A stretch of 64,000 nucleotides of DNA from Candidatus Kaiserbacteria bacterium (lineage in GTDB: Bacteria > Patescibacteriota > Minisyncoccia > Phycocordibacterales > UBA2100), in contig CP070993.1 in the NCBI GenBank assembly GCA_017134395.1, positions 23,231-87,230 of the forward strand, in the 5' to 3' direction. Within the stretch, counting starts at the first letter, position 1; the number at the start of each line of letters is the position of its first letter. Positions 18,020 through 27,960 of this stretch are shown here, piece by piece. The notes beneath the pieces were generated by a model. The model did no database searches and was not told the origin of the DNA. It worked only from the letters and a program-made list of their open reading frames with translations. A program made the translations under genes and the position numbers.

Positions 18020-18916
18020 ATGTCAAATCGACACACCGCACGTTCTGTTGTTCTTCAAACTCTCTTCGAATTAGATTCGGAGGGAATGGATAGGTCTCGT
18101 GCTGATGACATACTCGTAAATAACGCAAACGAATTTGCACCAAACTCAAACCTGTTTCCATTTATGAAACAGTTGCTTGAGACAGCTCTTGCAAAACAAA
18201 CAGAAATTGACGCAATTATAGTTAAAGCTGCTCCTGAGTGGCCTCTTGAAAAAATTGCCGTAACCGACAGAAATATCCTCCGTTTAGGTTTGTCTGAACT
18301 TTTATATTCAGATCGCGGGCAAGTACCACCAAAGGTGGCAATAAATGAGGCGATTGAGCTTGGTAAAGAATTTGGTGGTGAATCAAGTGGACGCTTCATA
18401 AACGGTGTTCTTGGTGCTGTCTATAAGGAAATGGGAGAGCCTGAAAAAGAGCAAACTGGAAAAACTAAGAAAACGATAGACGAAGCAAATCTACGTACTG
18501 AAGAGATTGTTGGTGCTGTCGTCTATGCTGAAGAAGAAGGGCAGCTGTATGTTGCACTGGTTCATGATGTATTTGGACACTGGACTCTTTGTAAAGGAAA
18601 GCTCAAAGAAGGAGAAGACTCAAAAGCTGGAGCACTACGCAAGGTGAAAGAAGAAATTGGTCTTGAGGGAGAAGTCATAAGCGAGCTTGGTGAAAATACG
18701 TATGTCGCTTCAGATCCAAATGAGGGCAAAAAGAAACGTCATGGACAGTATCATCTTGTGCAGGTTCCTTTTGATGACTTGACTCTCAAGAGCGAAGGAG
18801 GTCTTGATGACGCTCAGTGGTTTAAACTTGCAGATATTATTGATCTTAATTTCTATGACGATATCTTGCCTGTGGTCACGAGAGCCGTAAATGTACTTGT
18901 GCAACATCGAACCTAA
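18020..18916 (+). CDS. nusB: transcription antitermination factor NusB fused to a C-terminal Nudix domain
   Basis: RHTARSVVLQTLF, DRNILRLG, PKVAINEAIELGKEFG, FINGVLG; then a Nudix-like KGKLKEGEDSKAGALRKVKEEIGL. Confidence 0.92.
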   Translation: MSNRHTARSVVLQTLFELDSEGMDRSRADDILVNNANEFAPNSNLFPFMKQLLETALAKQTEIDAIIVKAAPEWPLEKIAVTDRNILRLGLSELLYSDRGQVPPKVAINEAIELGKEFGGESSGRFINGVLGAVYKEMGEPEKEQTGKTKKTIDEANLRTEEIVGAVVYAEEEGQLYVALVHDVFGHWTLCKGKLKEGEDSKAGALRKVKEEIGLEGEVISELGENTYVASDPNEGKKKRHGQYHLVQVPFDDLTLKSEGGLDDAQWFKLADIIDLNFYDDILPVVTRAVNVLVQHRT

Positions 18917-18946
18917 AAATATGGTATTTTGGGGGAAACTATAATC

Positions 18947-19636
18947 ATGAAAGATTTCTCAGAATTTGAAAAAAGAGTCGGATTTACCTTCAAAAATAAA
19001 GAACTCATAAAAACGGCATTTACACACCGTTCGTTTGTAAATGAAAATAGGGAGGTAGCAAAAGAACACAATGAACGTTTGGAGTTTTTGGGTGACGCAG
19101 TACTTGAGTTGGTCATTACTGATTTTCTATATAATAAATACCCAGAACGACCCGAAGGTGAACTTACCGCGTTTCGTGCATCATTGGTGAACACGCAAAG
19201 TATTTCAGCGGCTGCAACAGAACTTGGCATGAACGATTTTCTATTGCTATCTAGAGGTGAAGCAAAAGACACAGGGCGCGCACGGCAATATATTCTTGCC
19301 AATACATTTGAAGCGTTTATTGGTGCACTGTATCTGGATCAACAGTATGATGCTGCACGGAAATTTATTGAACAGACACTTTTCGGAAAGATTGAGAAAA
19401 TAGTAGAGGAGCGATTATGGCAAGATGCCAAAAGTTTCTTCCAAGAGAAAGTACAAGAAGAATATTCCGAAACACCTTCATACGAATTAGCAGGAGAGGC
19501 AGGGCCAGATCATGATAAAAAATTTATTGTTGCAGCATTAATTGCTGGAAAGGCAGTTGCACAAGGGGAAGGGCGTTCAAAACAAGAGGCGGAACAGGCG
19601 GCGGCTAAGAAGGCTATTGAGGTAAAAGGTTGGTAA
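18947..19636 (+). CDS. rnc: ribonuclease III
   Basis: HNERLEFLGDAVLEL, ANTFEAFIGALYLD, dsRBD GPDHDKKF...GRSKQEAEQAAA. Confidence 0.97.
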   Translation: MKDFSEFEKRVGFTFKNKELIKTAFTHRSFVNENREVAKEHNERLEFLGDAVLELVITDFLYNKYPERPEGELTAFRASLVNTQSISAAATELGMNDFLLLSRGEAKDTGRARQYILANTFEAFIGALYLDQQYDAARKFIEQTLFGKIEKIVEERLWQDAKSFFQEKVQEEYSETPSYELAGEAGPDHDKKFIVAALIAGKAVAQGEGRSKQEAEQAAAKKAIEVKGW

Positions 19637-19758
19637 TTTCTTGAGTTTTTCAGCGCACTGCGTTGTTGCTCTTCGCAAAAGTTTAATCACTGTGTGTTTA
19701 CACAGCTCACTCACTTTTACTTGAGCGCCTAGCATTGCATTAAAAAACTCAAGAAATT
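19635..19758. repeat. 124-nt hairpin element with 16-bp perfect terminal inverted repeats
   Basis: AATTTCTTGAGTTTTT (19635-19650) and AAAAACTCAAGAAATT (19743-19758), with further internal pairing. Confidence 0.75.
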
Positions 19759-19778
19759 CAGTATCTGCAAGAGTAAAG

Positions 19779-19815
19779 AAAAAGAATCCCTGCTTTAAAG
19801 CAAGGATTCTTTTTT
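19779..19815 (+). terminator. intrinsic terminator after rnc
   Basis: AAAAAGAATCCCTGCT-TTAA-AGCAAGGATTCTTTTTT. Confidence 0.7.
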
Positions 19816-19871
19816 GCAACGGGGATAGATAGCTACAATCTATTGTTCATTTGCTATAAACTAGTGCATAC

Positions 19872-22025
19872 ATGTATCTTAAATCGATTGAGTTATCTGG
19901 TTTTAAATCTTTTGCGAAGAAGTGTGAACTCACCTTTTCTTCACCAATAGCTGGAATTGTTGGCCCTAACGGTTCTGGAAAAAGTAACACTGCTGAAGCG
20001 TTTCGTTTTGTATTAGGAGAGCAGTCAATGAAAGCAATGCGAGGTAAGCGTGGCCCTGACCTTATTTGGTCTGGAAACGAGAGGACGCCTGCAGCAAACC
20101 GTGCACGTGTTGCGATGGTTTTTGATAATAAACAACAATTGCTCGATATTGATTTCGATGAAGTTGTTCTTGAACGTATTGTTCATCGAGATGGCGCAAA
20201 CGAATATGCCATTAACGGAAGCAAGGTCCGCCTAAAAGACATAACGGCGTTGCTTTCTGGTGCTAAAATCGGAGCTTCTGGGCACCACATTATTTCACAA
20301 GGAGAAGCTGATAGAATTCTTGGGGCTTCTGAAAAGGAGCGACGTGAGATTATAGAAGAGGCACTTGGTTTAAAAACATATCAATACAAAAAAGTTGAAA
20401 GTGAGAAGAAACTTGAGAAGACTGCGGAGAATGTAAAAGAGGTTAAAATACTGAGGCGAGAAATTGCCCCGCATCTTACGTTCCTAGAACGACAAATGAA
20501 GAAACTAGAGCGCTCCCGTGAGTTAAAGCAGCACATAAAAGAGTCCTACAGCACGTATATTGGACACGAGAGGCGTTTTATAGCTAGTGAGGTACAAAGG
20601 CTCGCTTCTAGTCGTATTGAGCCCCAGAATGAGTTAAAAAAATTAAAAGAAGAATTAGCTCAAGAAGTAGAACCTACACAGGTATCCGCCAGTACAAATG
20701 AACTTGAAGCACTCGATAGACGCGCACGAAGTTTAATTGAAGAAAAAGGAAAGCTCGAACATGCTCGTGGAAGAGTTGAAGGCCAAATTGCATTAGTAGG
20801 TAAAACACAAACAGAGTCGAAGGAGCACGTCGTGCGGTCTGTTCCCTTTGTGAAAGTAGAAGATTTCCTTACACAGGTGCGACAAAAAATAGAAGCAGCA
20901 CACGAAGACGTTTCTGCATTAAAAACAATAGTCGAGAATATAGGTTCTTTTTTAGAGCAATTTAAAGACACACAAGAACCTGAGCCACAAAACACAAAAC
21001 TACTGCACTCACTTGAAGAGGAGTTGCGCGAAATACAAGAGTCACTGGCTTCACTTGCTAGTGAGGAGATAGCTCTTAGTGTTTCAAGAACGAATGCTTT
21101 GGATGAAATAGCACAAAAACAAGCGCGAGAGAAAGAAAGTCAGAAACGGTATTTTGAAATAAAAGAAGCAAAGCGAGATATCGAACGTGTGCTCGAAGAT
21201 ATTTCACGAGAAGAACAAGTACTTGAAGCTTCTCGGGAGAACCTTAAAAAAATTGAATATAAGGCACAAGATATTGGAGTTGAGGTTAATGAGATACCAG
21301 AAGATTCGATACGTTCTCGTACTGAACAAGATGACGCACTGAGAGAGATTGAGCGCATGGAGGCACGTCTTGAAGAGTCTGGTTTTGTAGATGAAGATAC
21401 AATACGAGAATACGAAGAAACAAAGCGACGCGACGCTTTTCTTGAGAGAGAAATAGCAGATCTTGAGGCTTCACAAAAAACACTTATTGAAATAATAGAG
21501 AGTTTGGATGGAGAAATTTCAGTTCGTTTTGAAGAAGGGTTGAACAAAATAAACGAGGAGTTTCAGAAGTTCTTCGCGATGCTATTTGATGGAGGAACTG
21601 CGACTTTGAAATTGGTAAAGAAGGTAAAGAAAAACGAAGAAGAGAGTGAAGAAGAAGTAGAAGAGGTTAAAGATGGAATAGAAATACGAGTTCAATTACC
21701 ACGTAAAAAAGTAACAACCCTCGACGTGCTCTCAGGTGGAGAGAGGGCACTTACATCGATTGCGCTCATTTTTGCTATGAGCCAAGTTAACCCACCACCG
21801 TTTATTATTCTTGATGAAACCGACGCCGCGCTTGATGAGGCAAACTCACGCAAATATGCTGATATGGTAAAAACACTTTCGCAGAGGAGTCAGCTTATTC
21901 TCATTACACACAACCGCCAAACAATGGAAGCAGCAGGGGAGTTGTACGGAGTCACTATGGGAAACGACGGAATATCAAAGCTTCTTTCAGTGAAGTTTGA
22001 TGAGGCAGTGAGTGTGGCTAAGTAG
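19872..22025 (+). CDS. smc: SMC-family chromosome segregation ATPase (short, 717 aa)
   Basis: GFKSF, Walker A GPNGSGKS, Q-loop IISQG, LSGGE signature, ILDETDAALD, ITHN; downstream of rnc. Confidence 0.88.
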   Translation: MYLKSIELSGFKSFAKKCELTFSSPIAGIVGPNGSGKSNTAEAFRFVLGEQSMKAMRGKRGPDLIWSGNERTPAANRARVAMVFDNKQQLLDIDFDEVVLERIVHRDGANEYAINGSKVRLKDITALLSGAKIGASGHHIISQGEADRILGASEKERREIIEEALGLKTYQYKKVESEKKLEKTAENVKEVKILRREIAPHLTFLERQMKKLERSRELKQHIKESYSTYIGHERRFIASEVQRLASSRIEPQNELKKLKEELAQEVEPTQVSASTNELEALDRRARSLIEEKGKLEHARGRVEGQIALVGKTQTESKEHVVRSVPFVKVEDFLTQVRQKIEAAHEDVSALKTIVENIGSFLEQFKDTQEPEPQNTKLLHSLEEELREIQESLASLASEEIALSVSRTNALDEIAQKQAREKESQKRYFEIKEAKRDIERVLEDISREEQVLEASRENLKKIEYKAQDIGVEVNEIPEDSIRSRTEQDDALREIERMEARLEESGFVDEDTIREYEETKRRDAFLEREIADLEASQKTLIEIIESLDGEISVRFEEGLNKINEEFQKFFAMLFDGGTATLKLVKKVKKNEEESEEEVEEVKDGIEIRVQLPRKKVTTLDVLSGGERALTSIALIFAMSQVNPPPFIILDETDAALDEANSRKYADMVKTLSQRSQLILITHNRQTMEAAGELYGVTMGNDGISKLLSVKFDEAVSVAK

Positions 22026-22034
22026 TTGCACTTT

Positions 22035-24500
22035 TTATTTACCTGCAAGAAATTTTTCAAGTGCTACAAGGAATTCTTCCGGATTCTTTGGGAACGGTAT
22101 CGATTTAATAGTTGGAGGCATACCCTCTTTCTTGTGTTTAGCAATCAATGAAATACTTCCTGTTGTTTTGTACTGGAAATCATTCGGCCATCTAGACAAG
22201 TTGTTCATCTTCTGGATGGCATTTAAGATACCAGAAACTAATGTTATTTTACGCACATGCTCCCTATCCTTTCTAATTTTTTCAGGAAAAGCGTCAAGAT
22301 TAAAACTTTTGTGAATTTTATTAACGCGTTCTTTATTTTTCGTTTCATTAATCTTGGTTTCTGCTTTTGCGGCAGTAGGTTTTTCTAGAAGTTTAGATCC
22401 TTCTTTACTATCAGAGCTAGCAACAAGATCCCATTCAACACGACGTTTAGCGAAGTCAACGTTACTGGCTTTCACTTTTACATTCCTACCAACCTTCAAT
22501 TCTTCGCCAGTTGTTTTGTTTTCGAAGCGACGAGGGCTGTCTTTAAAGATCCATCCGTCTTTGTTTAGATTACGAGCTGGTATAAGGCCATATGCAGTTG
22601 TAGATTTATCCATAACAAATACTCCGTAGTCAAAAATATTGGCTACCTTACCTTTGCGCCGGTCATTTCTATCATCTTCAATAATCTTAAGTTGCATTAA
22701 CTTTGCTGAATCCCTTTCTGCATTGTTTGCAGCAATAGTTTGGTGAGTTAACTTTACCGTTAAATCGATATACTCTTGAGCTTCTCGTTGGGTTAGCGGC
22801 TCACTTCCAGAAATGGTATGTAGTGAAAGTATTCGATGAAGAATAAAATCAGAGTATCGACGAATAGGGGATGTGAAGTGGGCGTATATTGTCATTGCGA
22901 GCGCAAAGTGCCCAATGTTTTCGCTACTATACATTGCACGATACATAATTCCAAACATCTCTCTTCGTACGAAGTCTTCTTGCTGGGTACCCTCGATATT
23001 TATGAGTACTTCATCAAAGTCTTTTTGGGTTACGTCTTGAGGTTTTCTTGTAAGCCAATGCTTCTTTCGTGCAGGCGGAAATCCTAAGTCGGTAAGGTAT
23101 GTGTCAAATTCTGCCACTTTTTCTGGATCTGGTTCTTGTTGTACACGATAGATAGAGAAGTTAGTCGGTGAATCTTTCTTTTTGTTCGCAATAGACTTAC
23201 TGATAATCTCTGGGGTTGCATTGTTGGATAAGACCATGAGTTCTTCGATCATTTTCATAGTATTGTATTTCTCCTCTTTAGAAATACTTTGAGGACGCCC
23301 CTGTCTATCAAAATTAATCTTCGATTCGTTTCTGTCTCGGGATTCGTCAACACCCTGTCCAGTACGATTTTCTCGATGTTTTGCAGTCAATTCCCATACG
23401 GTTTTCAATGCATTCTCCAATGGGTCGGTACTTTTTGTTCCAGCGAGGAAAGATTTAATTTGACCACCAAAAGTGTTTTTATTGTTAATAAGATCTTGGG
23501 CACCTTTGTAGGTGAAGCGTTTATCAGACTTTATGATTGTCTTCATCACTTGTGTCTTTTTTTCTTTAACGATTCCATTTTTGTCCATGACGAAAATGAT
23601 TGAGAAGGCACGTTTTTCTTCGTCAGGATTTAGGCTGCAGAGTTCGTTAGATATTTCTTCAGGAAGCATAGGAATGGTGCGATCAGGTAAATACACCGTA
23701 GTACCTCGTTTGCGTGCTTCCTTATCGATTGCAGAATCGGGTTGTATGTAATGCGTTGGGTCAGCAATGTGGACACCAATTTCGTAGGTACCATTTTTTA
23801 AATCTTTGAAAGAAATAGCATCATCAAAATCTTTCGCACTTTTTGGATCGATGGTAAACGTTAGTCTGTCTCGAAAATCTTCCCGTTCTTCACCTTCGTC
23901 GAGAATTATTTCACCTTCTGGTGTCATCATTCGTTTAGAATGTTCTGAAATTTGCTTTGCTTCTTTAAGTACCTCAGTAGGGAAACGATCAGGAAAACCG
24001 TGCTCTATTGCAATTACTGCGGCTTCACTGTCGAAATCACCTTCTTTTCCAGCAGTTCTCTTGAAGCGTACTTTGGGACGTTGTTTAGGATCGTTCCATT
24101 CGATGAGTTCAAGAATAACCTGATCTCCTTTTTTTACATTTGGATGGAGACCATCTACTATCTCAAAGGGAGGGTGTTCACGATTGATTCTCCGAGTGCT
24201 TATTCTAATGTTGCTACCATTTCTTTCTTGTATGGCTCCAACAAATTCAGCTTGTTTTCGTTTTTTAACCCCCATTACTACCGCCTCCCTTTGTTGACCT
24301 CTTTTTTTAGGAAGTACTCGGATAACAACTTCGTCACCAGAGAATGCAGTACCTAAGTTTTCGGGTTTAATTCGAATTTGTTCTGCGATGTTTGGTATTG
24401 TGGCGAAACCACGACCGTTATGATCAATAGATACAAAGCCAGTTGGGTTTTTTATGTTTTCTAGACTTTCTTTTTTACGTAATATCCTGTCGATTCCCAT
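22035..24500 (-). CDS. RNase R/RNB-family exoribonuclease, divergent paralog with C-terminal extension
   Basis: TIDPKSAKDFDDA, VYLPDRTIPMLP, HFTSPIRRYSD, S1-like domain plus about 125 extra residues. Confidence 0.9.
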   Translation of the reverse strand: MGIDRILRKKESLENIKNPTGFVSIDHNGRGFATIPNIAEQIRIKPENLGTAFSGDEVVIRVLPKKRGQQREAVVMGVKKRKQAEFVGAIQERNGSNIRISTRRINREHPPFEIVDGLHPNVKKGDQVILELIEWNDPKQRPKVRFKRTAGKEGDFDSEAAVIAIEHGFPDRFPTEVLKEAKQISEHSKRMMTPEGEIILDEGEEREDFRDRLTFTIDPKSAKDFDDAISFKDLKNGTYEIGVHIADPTHYIQPDSAIDKEARKRGTTVYLPDRTIPMLPEEISNELCSLNPDEEKRAFSIIFVMDKNGIVKEKKTQVMKTIIKSDKRFTYKGAQDLINNKNTFGGQIKSFLAGTKSTDPLENALKTVWELTAKHRENRTGQGVDESRDRNESKINFDRQGRPQSISKEEKYNTMKMIEELMVLSNNATPEIISKSIANKKKDSPTNFSIYRVQQEPDPEKVAEFDTYLTDLGFPPARKKHWLTRKPQDVTQKDFDEVLINIEGTQQEDFVRREMFGIMYRAMYSSENIGHFALAMTIYAHFTSPIRRYSDFILHRILSLHTISGSEPLTQREAQEYIDLTVKLTHQTIAANNAERDSAKLMQLKIIEDDRNDRRKGKVANIFDYGVFVMDKSTTAYGLIPARNLNKDGWIFKDSPRRFENKTTGEELKVGRNVKVKASNVDFAKRRVEWDLVASSDSKEGSKLLEKPTAAKAETKINETKNKERVNKIHKSFNLDAFPEKIRKDREHVRKITLVSGILNAIQKMNNLSRWPNDFQYKTTGSISLIAKHKKEGMPPTIKSIPFPKNPEEFLVALEKFLAGK

Positions 24501-24633
24501 AACACTCAAAATTACGTGCTAAATATACTTTTAGAATAGCATTATTGAAATTACATACTAGCAGTGTATATGTAAAAATAGTGTCAGACGTATTATTCCG
24601 GGCATTATTTCTTATACAATCTAAAAAAGTTAT

Positions 24634-26613
24634 TTACGCAACAACTTCCCAGTCTAGTTCGCGTGCATCGAGACTTACATTTTTAAGACGAACTTGAACA
24701 TCGTCGCCAATACGGTATCGTTTGCCGCTTTTTCGTCCTACGAGCGCATATTGCTTTTCATCAAGTTCAAACCAGTCATGTGGGATAGCATTTACGCGAA
24801 CCATACCCTCGGCATGGGTAGTATTTTCAGCAATAAACATTCCTCCTTTGGTAACACCAGTCACTTTACCCTCAAAAATATCACCAACGCGGCTGCTCAT
24901 GTATTCTACTTGTTTGAATTTTACAGACTCGCGTTCTGCGCTCACTGCTTCGACTTCGCGTTGACTCGAAGCAATGGCGAGCTGTCTGTATGCTGCAATC
25001 TCATCTGCTGGGATTGGTGAGTCATCAAGGTGAGCCATAAGTATTCGATGGACAATCATATCTGGGTAACGTCGAATAGGGGAAGTGAAGTGTGTGTAGT
25101 GCTTAAACCCAAGTGAGAAGTGTCCGATGTTTTTGTCACTATATACTGCTTTTGCCATTGAGCGTAGCGTTGCCATTTGTACCACTGCTTCCTCAGGAGT
25201 TCCCTTAATATCTCGCATAAGTTCTGCAAGGTCGCGTGCTTCTATTTGTCCAGGGTCTTTCTTACTTAAGTGTTCATGTCCAAGCGCACGTAAGAATACT
25301 GCGAGTTCTGCAAGTTTGTCTGACTTAGGCAAGTCGTGAATACGGTACACAAACATAGAAGCGGACGGATTCTTTCCTTTGCAGTGCTCTGCGATGTGCT
25401 TTGCAACGCGGCGGTTGGCCAGAAGCATGAATTCTTCGATAAGCTTCATAGTATTGAGCTTTTCTTTTATATAGGCCTTCAGTGGCTTCCCGTTTTCATC
25501 AAGCTCAAATTGAATCTCATCACTCTCAAATTCAATTGCTCCGTCAGCAACTCGTTGCTTACGAAGAATACTCGAGAGATCCCAAAGGGTTTTTAGGTCT
25601 TTATCGTATGGAGCAAGAGGGGTACCTGTTGTGTTGTCGAGTACATCTTGTGCTGTTCTATAGGTGAATCGTTTATCTGAGTTTATCAGTGTCTTTGCAA
25701 AAGCTTGGTTTACGACACGAGCGTTTTTATCAAGTTCAAAAATTGCAGCAAATGCCCGCTTGTCTTGATTTGGGTTTAAACTACACAGATCATTTGAAAT
25801 AACTTCAGGAAGCATAGGAATCGTTCTGTCTACAAGATATACCGAAGTACCTCGTTTTCGAGCTTCATTATCGAGTTTTGTGCCTGGTCGAACAAAGTGT
25901 GTGACATCAGCAATGTGTATACCTATCTCGTAGTTACCGTTTGGTAGTTCGCGTATTGAAAGTGCGTCATCAAAGTCTTTCGCATCATGTGGGTCGATGG
26001 TAAAAGTAGGTACGTCACGGAAGTCTTTGCGCCATTTCATTTCATCTTCGGTAACTCCACGCTCACTTAAGAGAGTTTGAGCTTCAGCTTCGACTTCGCT
26101 AGGGAATCCACTTACAAAACCACGTTCAAGCAAAATCGCTTTCATTTCAGTTTCGTGATCACCTGATTCACCAATAATTTCTATAATACGAGCCTTTGGT
26201 AATTCGTCTGCACGTTCCCACGATGTCATTTCAATAAGTACTTTGTGTCCGGCGTGAACATCAGCTGGTATATCTTCTAGTACAAAGGGGGAGTACACCC
26301 GTTGGTTGTCTGGCTTTATTTTCCAAACGCTTCCTTCTTTGAGGACTTGGCCAACAAACTGATACTGCGCTCGCTCTACTACTTTGAGCACCTTTCCGCT
26401 ACTACGCTTATCGCGTGGACTTGGTGGTAAAAGGGTAATCTCTACAGTGTCTCCGTTTAGTGCTGTGTTGAGGTTGCTGTTGTGTATGTATACATCGTCT
26501 TCTAAATCTGCATGCATAAAAAAACCGAAGCCACCTTTAGTGACAGTTATAATCCCGCTTAATGGCACCTCGCTTTTGTGGGAAGCCTTGTTTGTTTTTT
26601 CTTTATGTTGCAT
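24634..26613 (-). CDS. rnr: ribonuclease R
   Basis: CSD (ALNGDTV), TIDPHDAKDFDDA, IEEFMLLAN, HFTSPIRRYPD, S1 domain. Confidence 0.95.
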   Translation of the reverse strand: MQHKEKTNKASHKSEVPLSGIITVTKGGFGFFMHADLEDDVYIHNSNLNTALNGDTVEITLLPPSPRDKRSSGKVLKVVERAQYQFVGQVLKEGSVWKIKPDNQRVYSPFVLEDIPADVHAGHKVLIEMTSWERADELPKARIIEIIGESGDHETEMKAILLERGFVSGFPSEVEAEAQTLLSERGVTEDEMKWRKDFRDVPTFTIDPHDAKDFDDALSIRELPNGNYEIGIHIADVTHFVRPGTKLDNEARKRGTSVYLVDRTIPMLPEVISNDLCSLNPNQDKRAFAAIFELDKNARVVNQAFAKTLINSDKRFTYRTAQDVLDNTTGTPLAPYDKDLKTLWDLSSILRKQRVADGAIEFESDEIQFELDENGKPLKAYIKEKLNTMKLIEEFMLLANRRVAKHIAEHCKGKNPSASMFVYRIHDLPKSDKLAELAVFLRALGHEHLSKKDPGQIEARDLAELMRDIKGTPEEAVVQMATLRSMAKAVYSDKNIGHFSLGFKHYTHFTSPIRRYPDMIVHRILMAHLDDSPIPADEIAAYRQLAIASSQREVEAVSAERESVKFKQVEYMSSRVGDIFEGKVTGVTKGGMFIAENTTHAEGMVRVNAIPHDWFELDEKQYALVGRKSGKRYRIGDDVQVRLKNVSLDARELDWEVVA

Positions 26614-26915
26614 AACCCTCTATCAACAGCAGTAAACTGATGCACGCATGATACCATCATATGAGTTGATCTTTACTTTCCGTGATTGGAAAGTGATGGG
26701 CGCTCCCTTATTTTAGGGGGCGTCTAATAATATCTGCGTTTGATGCACTAGATATACCATTAAGTAGCAATAAATGCACTCAAAATAAGGAGTTCTTCTT
26801 TTTACACGCGGATACATTATATAGAGTGTAACGCACTGATAGTTACGTACGACTCGCCAAGTATAGACATTAAAGGATATTTTGTTATAGTTGCGCTCAT
26901 TCATTCATTGAAGAT

Positions 26916-27398
26916 ATGTTAAAAATACGATTACAACGAATTGGTAGAAAAAACGACCCCTCATTCCGTGTGGTGGTGACTGAACATACCCGTGGTCCTA
27001 AGAGCGAAAAGCACGTAGACCGTGTAGGATTTTATAACCCAAAAACAAAAGAACAGAAGCTTGATGAAGTGCGCATTAAGCATTGGATAGAGAATGGTGC
27101 ACAAGCAAGTGGCACAGTACACAACATGCTCGTAAAGGCTGGAATCATTAAGGCTGACACTATCAACGTATTGCCTCAGAAATCACCAGTTGTTAAGGAG
27201 CAAGCTGAAGAAGAAAGGAAAGAAGAAGGAGCTCCTGCTGAAGAAGGGGTCGAAGCACCTGCTGAAGATACAGCTGAAGCAGCTCCAGAAGAAGCAAAAG
27301 TAGAAGAGCCTGCTGCAGACGTAGCACCAGCCGAAGAGGTGGAAGCTCCTGAAACAGAAGAAGCTGCCGCAGAAGAAGAAAAGAAAGAAGAAGCATAA
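26916..27398 (+). CDS. rpsP: 30S ribosomal protein S16 with acidic Glu/Ala/Pro tail
   Basis: MLKIRLQRIGRK...FRVVV...GFYNP...WIENGAQAS. Confidence 0.97.
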   Translation: MLKIRLQRIGRKNDPSFRVVVTEHTRGPKSEKHVDRVGFYNPKTKEQKLDEVRIKHWIENGAQASGTVHNMLVKAGIIKADTINVLPQKSPVVKEQAEEERKEEGAPAEEGVEAPAEDTAEAAPEEAKVEEPAADVAPAEEVEAPETEEAAAEEEKKEEA

Positions 27399-27489
27399 CA
27401 GCTCTCCGTTGACTTACCGCAATTGCATGCAATAATGCGTGTGCTGCTTTAGTCGCAGCACATTTTTAACAAATATAATTCAGATATTC

Positions 27490-27894
27490 ATGGAACAGGA
27501 TCAAGACTTTCTTGAGTTTGCAGTAAAGGCGTTGGTAGACAACCCCGCAGACGTTAAAGTAAACCGAACGGTAGACGAAATGGGTGTTCTTCTAACACTC
27601 GACGTACATAAGGACGATATGGGAAAGATTATCGGGCGTGCAGGTAATACTGCAAAAGCACTCCGAACACTTCTGCGTGTTGTAGGAATGAAAAACGATG
27701 CCCGCGTAAACCTAAAGATTAACGAGCCAGAAGGAGGGGAGCCACGTGAACGACGTGAAGAAGCTCCAGCTGCACAAGACGAAGTTGCAGAAACTCCAGA
27801 ACAAGCTGTTGCAAAAAAGGACGAGATGTCAGCAGAAGAGAAGAGTGCTGCTTCAAAGTCAGTTGACGAAGCAATGGAAGATTTAGGACTTTAA
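27490..27894 (+). CDS. khpA: KH-domain RNA-binding protein KhpA
   Basis: LVDNPADV, DDMGKIIGRAGNTAKALRTLL; follows rpsP. Confidence 0.92.
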   Translation: MEQDQDFLEFAVKALVDNPADVKVNRTVDEMGVLLTLDVHKDDMGKIIGRAGNTAKALRTLLRVVGMKNDARVNLKINEPEGGEPRERREEAPAAQDEVAETPEQAVAKKDEMSAEEKSAASKSVDEAMEDLGL

Positions 27895-27960
27895 TTTTGT
27901 ACTAAAGAAATATAAAACGCCGCGACCAACGCGGCGTTTTATGTTATACATAATAAAATT

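Noticed and set aside
26664-26740. Two hairpins and GATGG...CTAATAA resembling a fluoride riboswitch between rnr and rpsP
   Set aside because: The P1 and pseudoknot pairings of the crcB motif cannot be formed, and no fluoride-related gene follows.
26798-26832. Possible dif site (minus strand ACTCTATATAATGTATCCGCGTGTAAAA)
   Set aside because: The XerD arm deviates from TTATGTTAAAT at several positions; not supportable.
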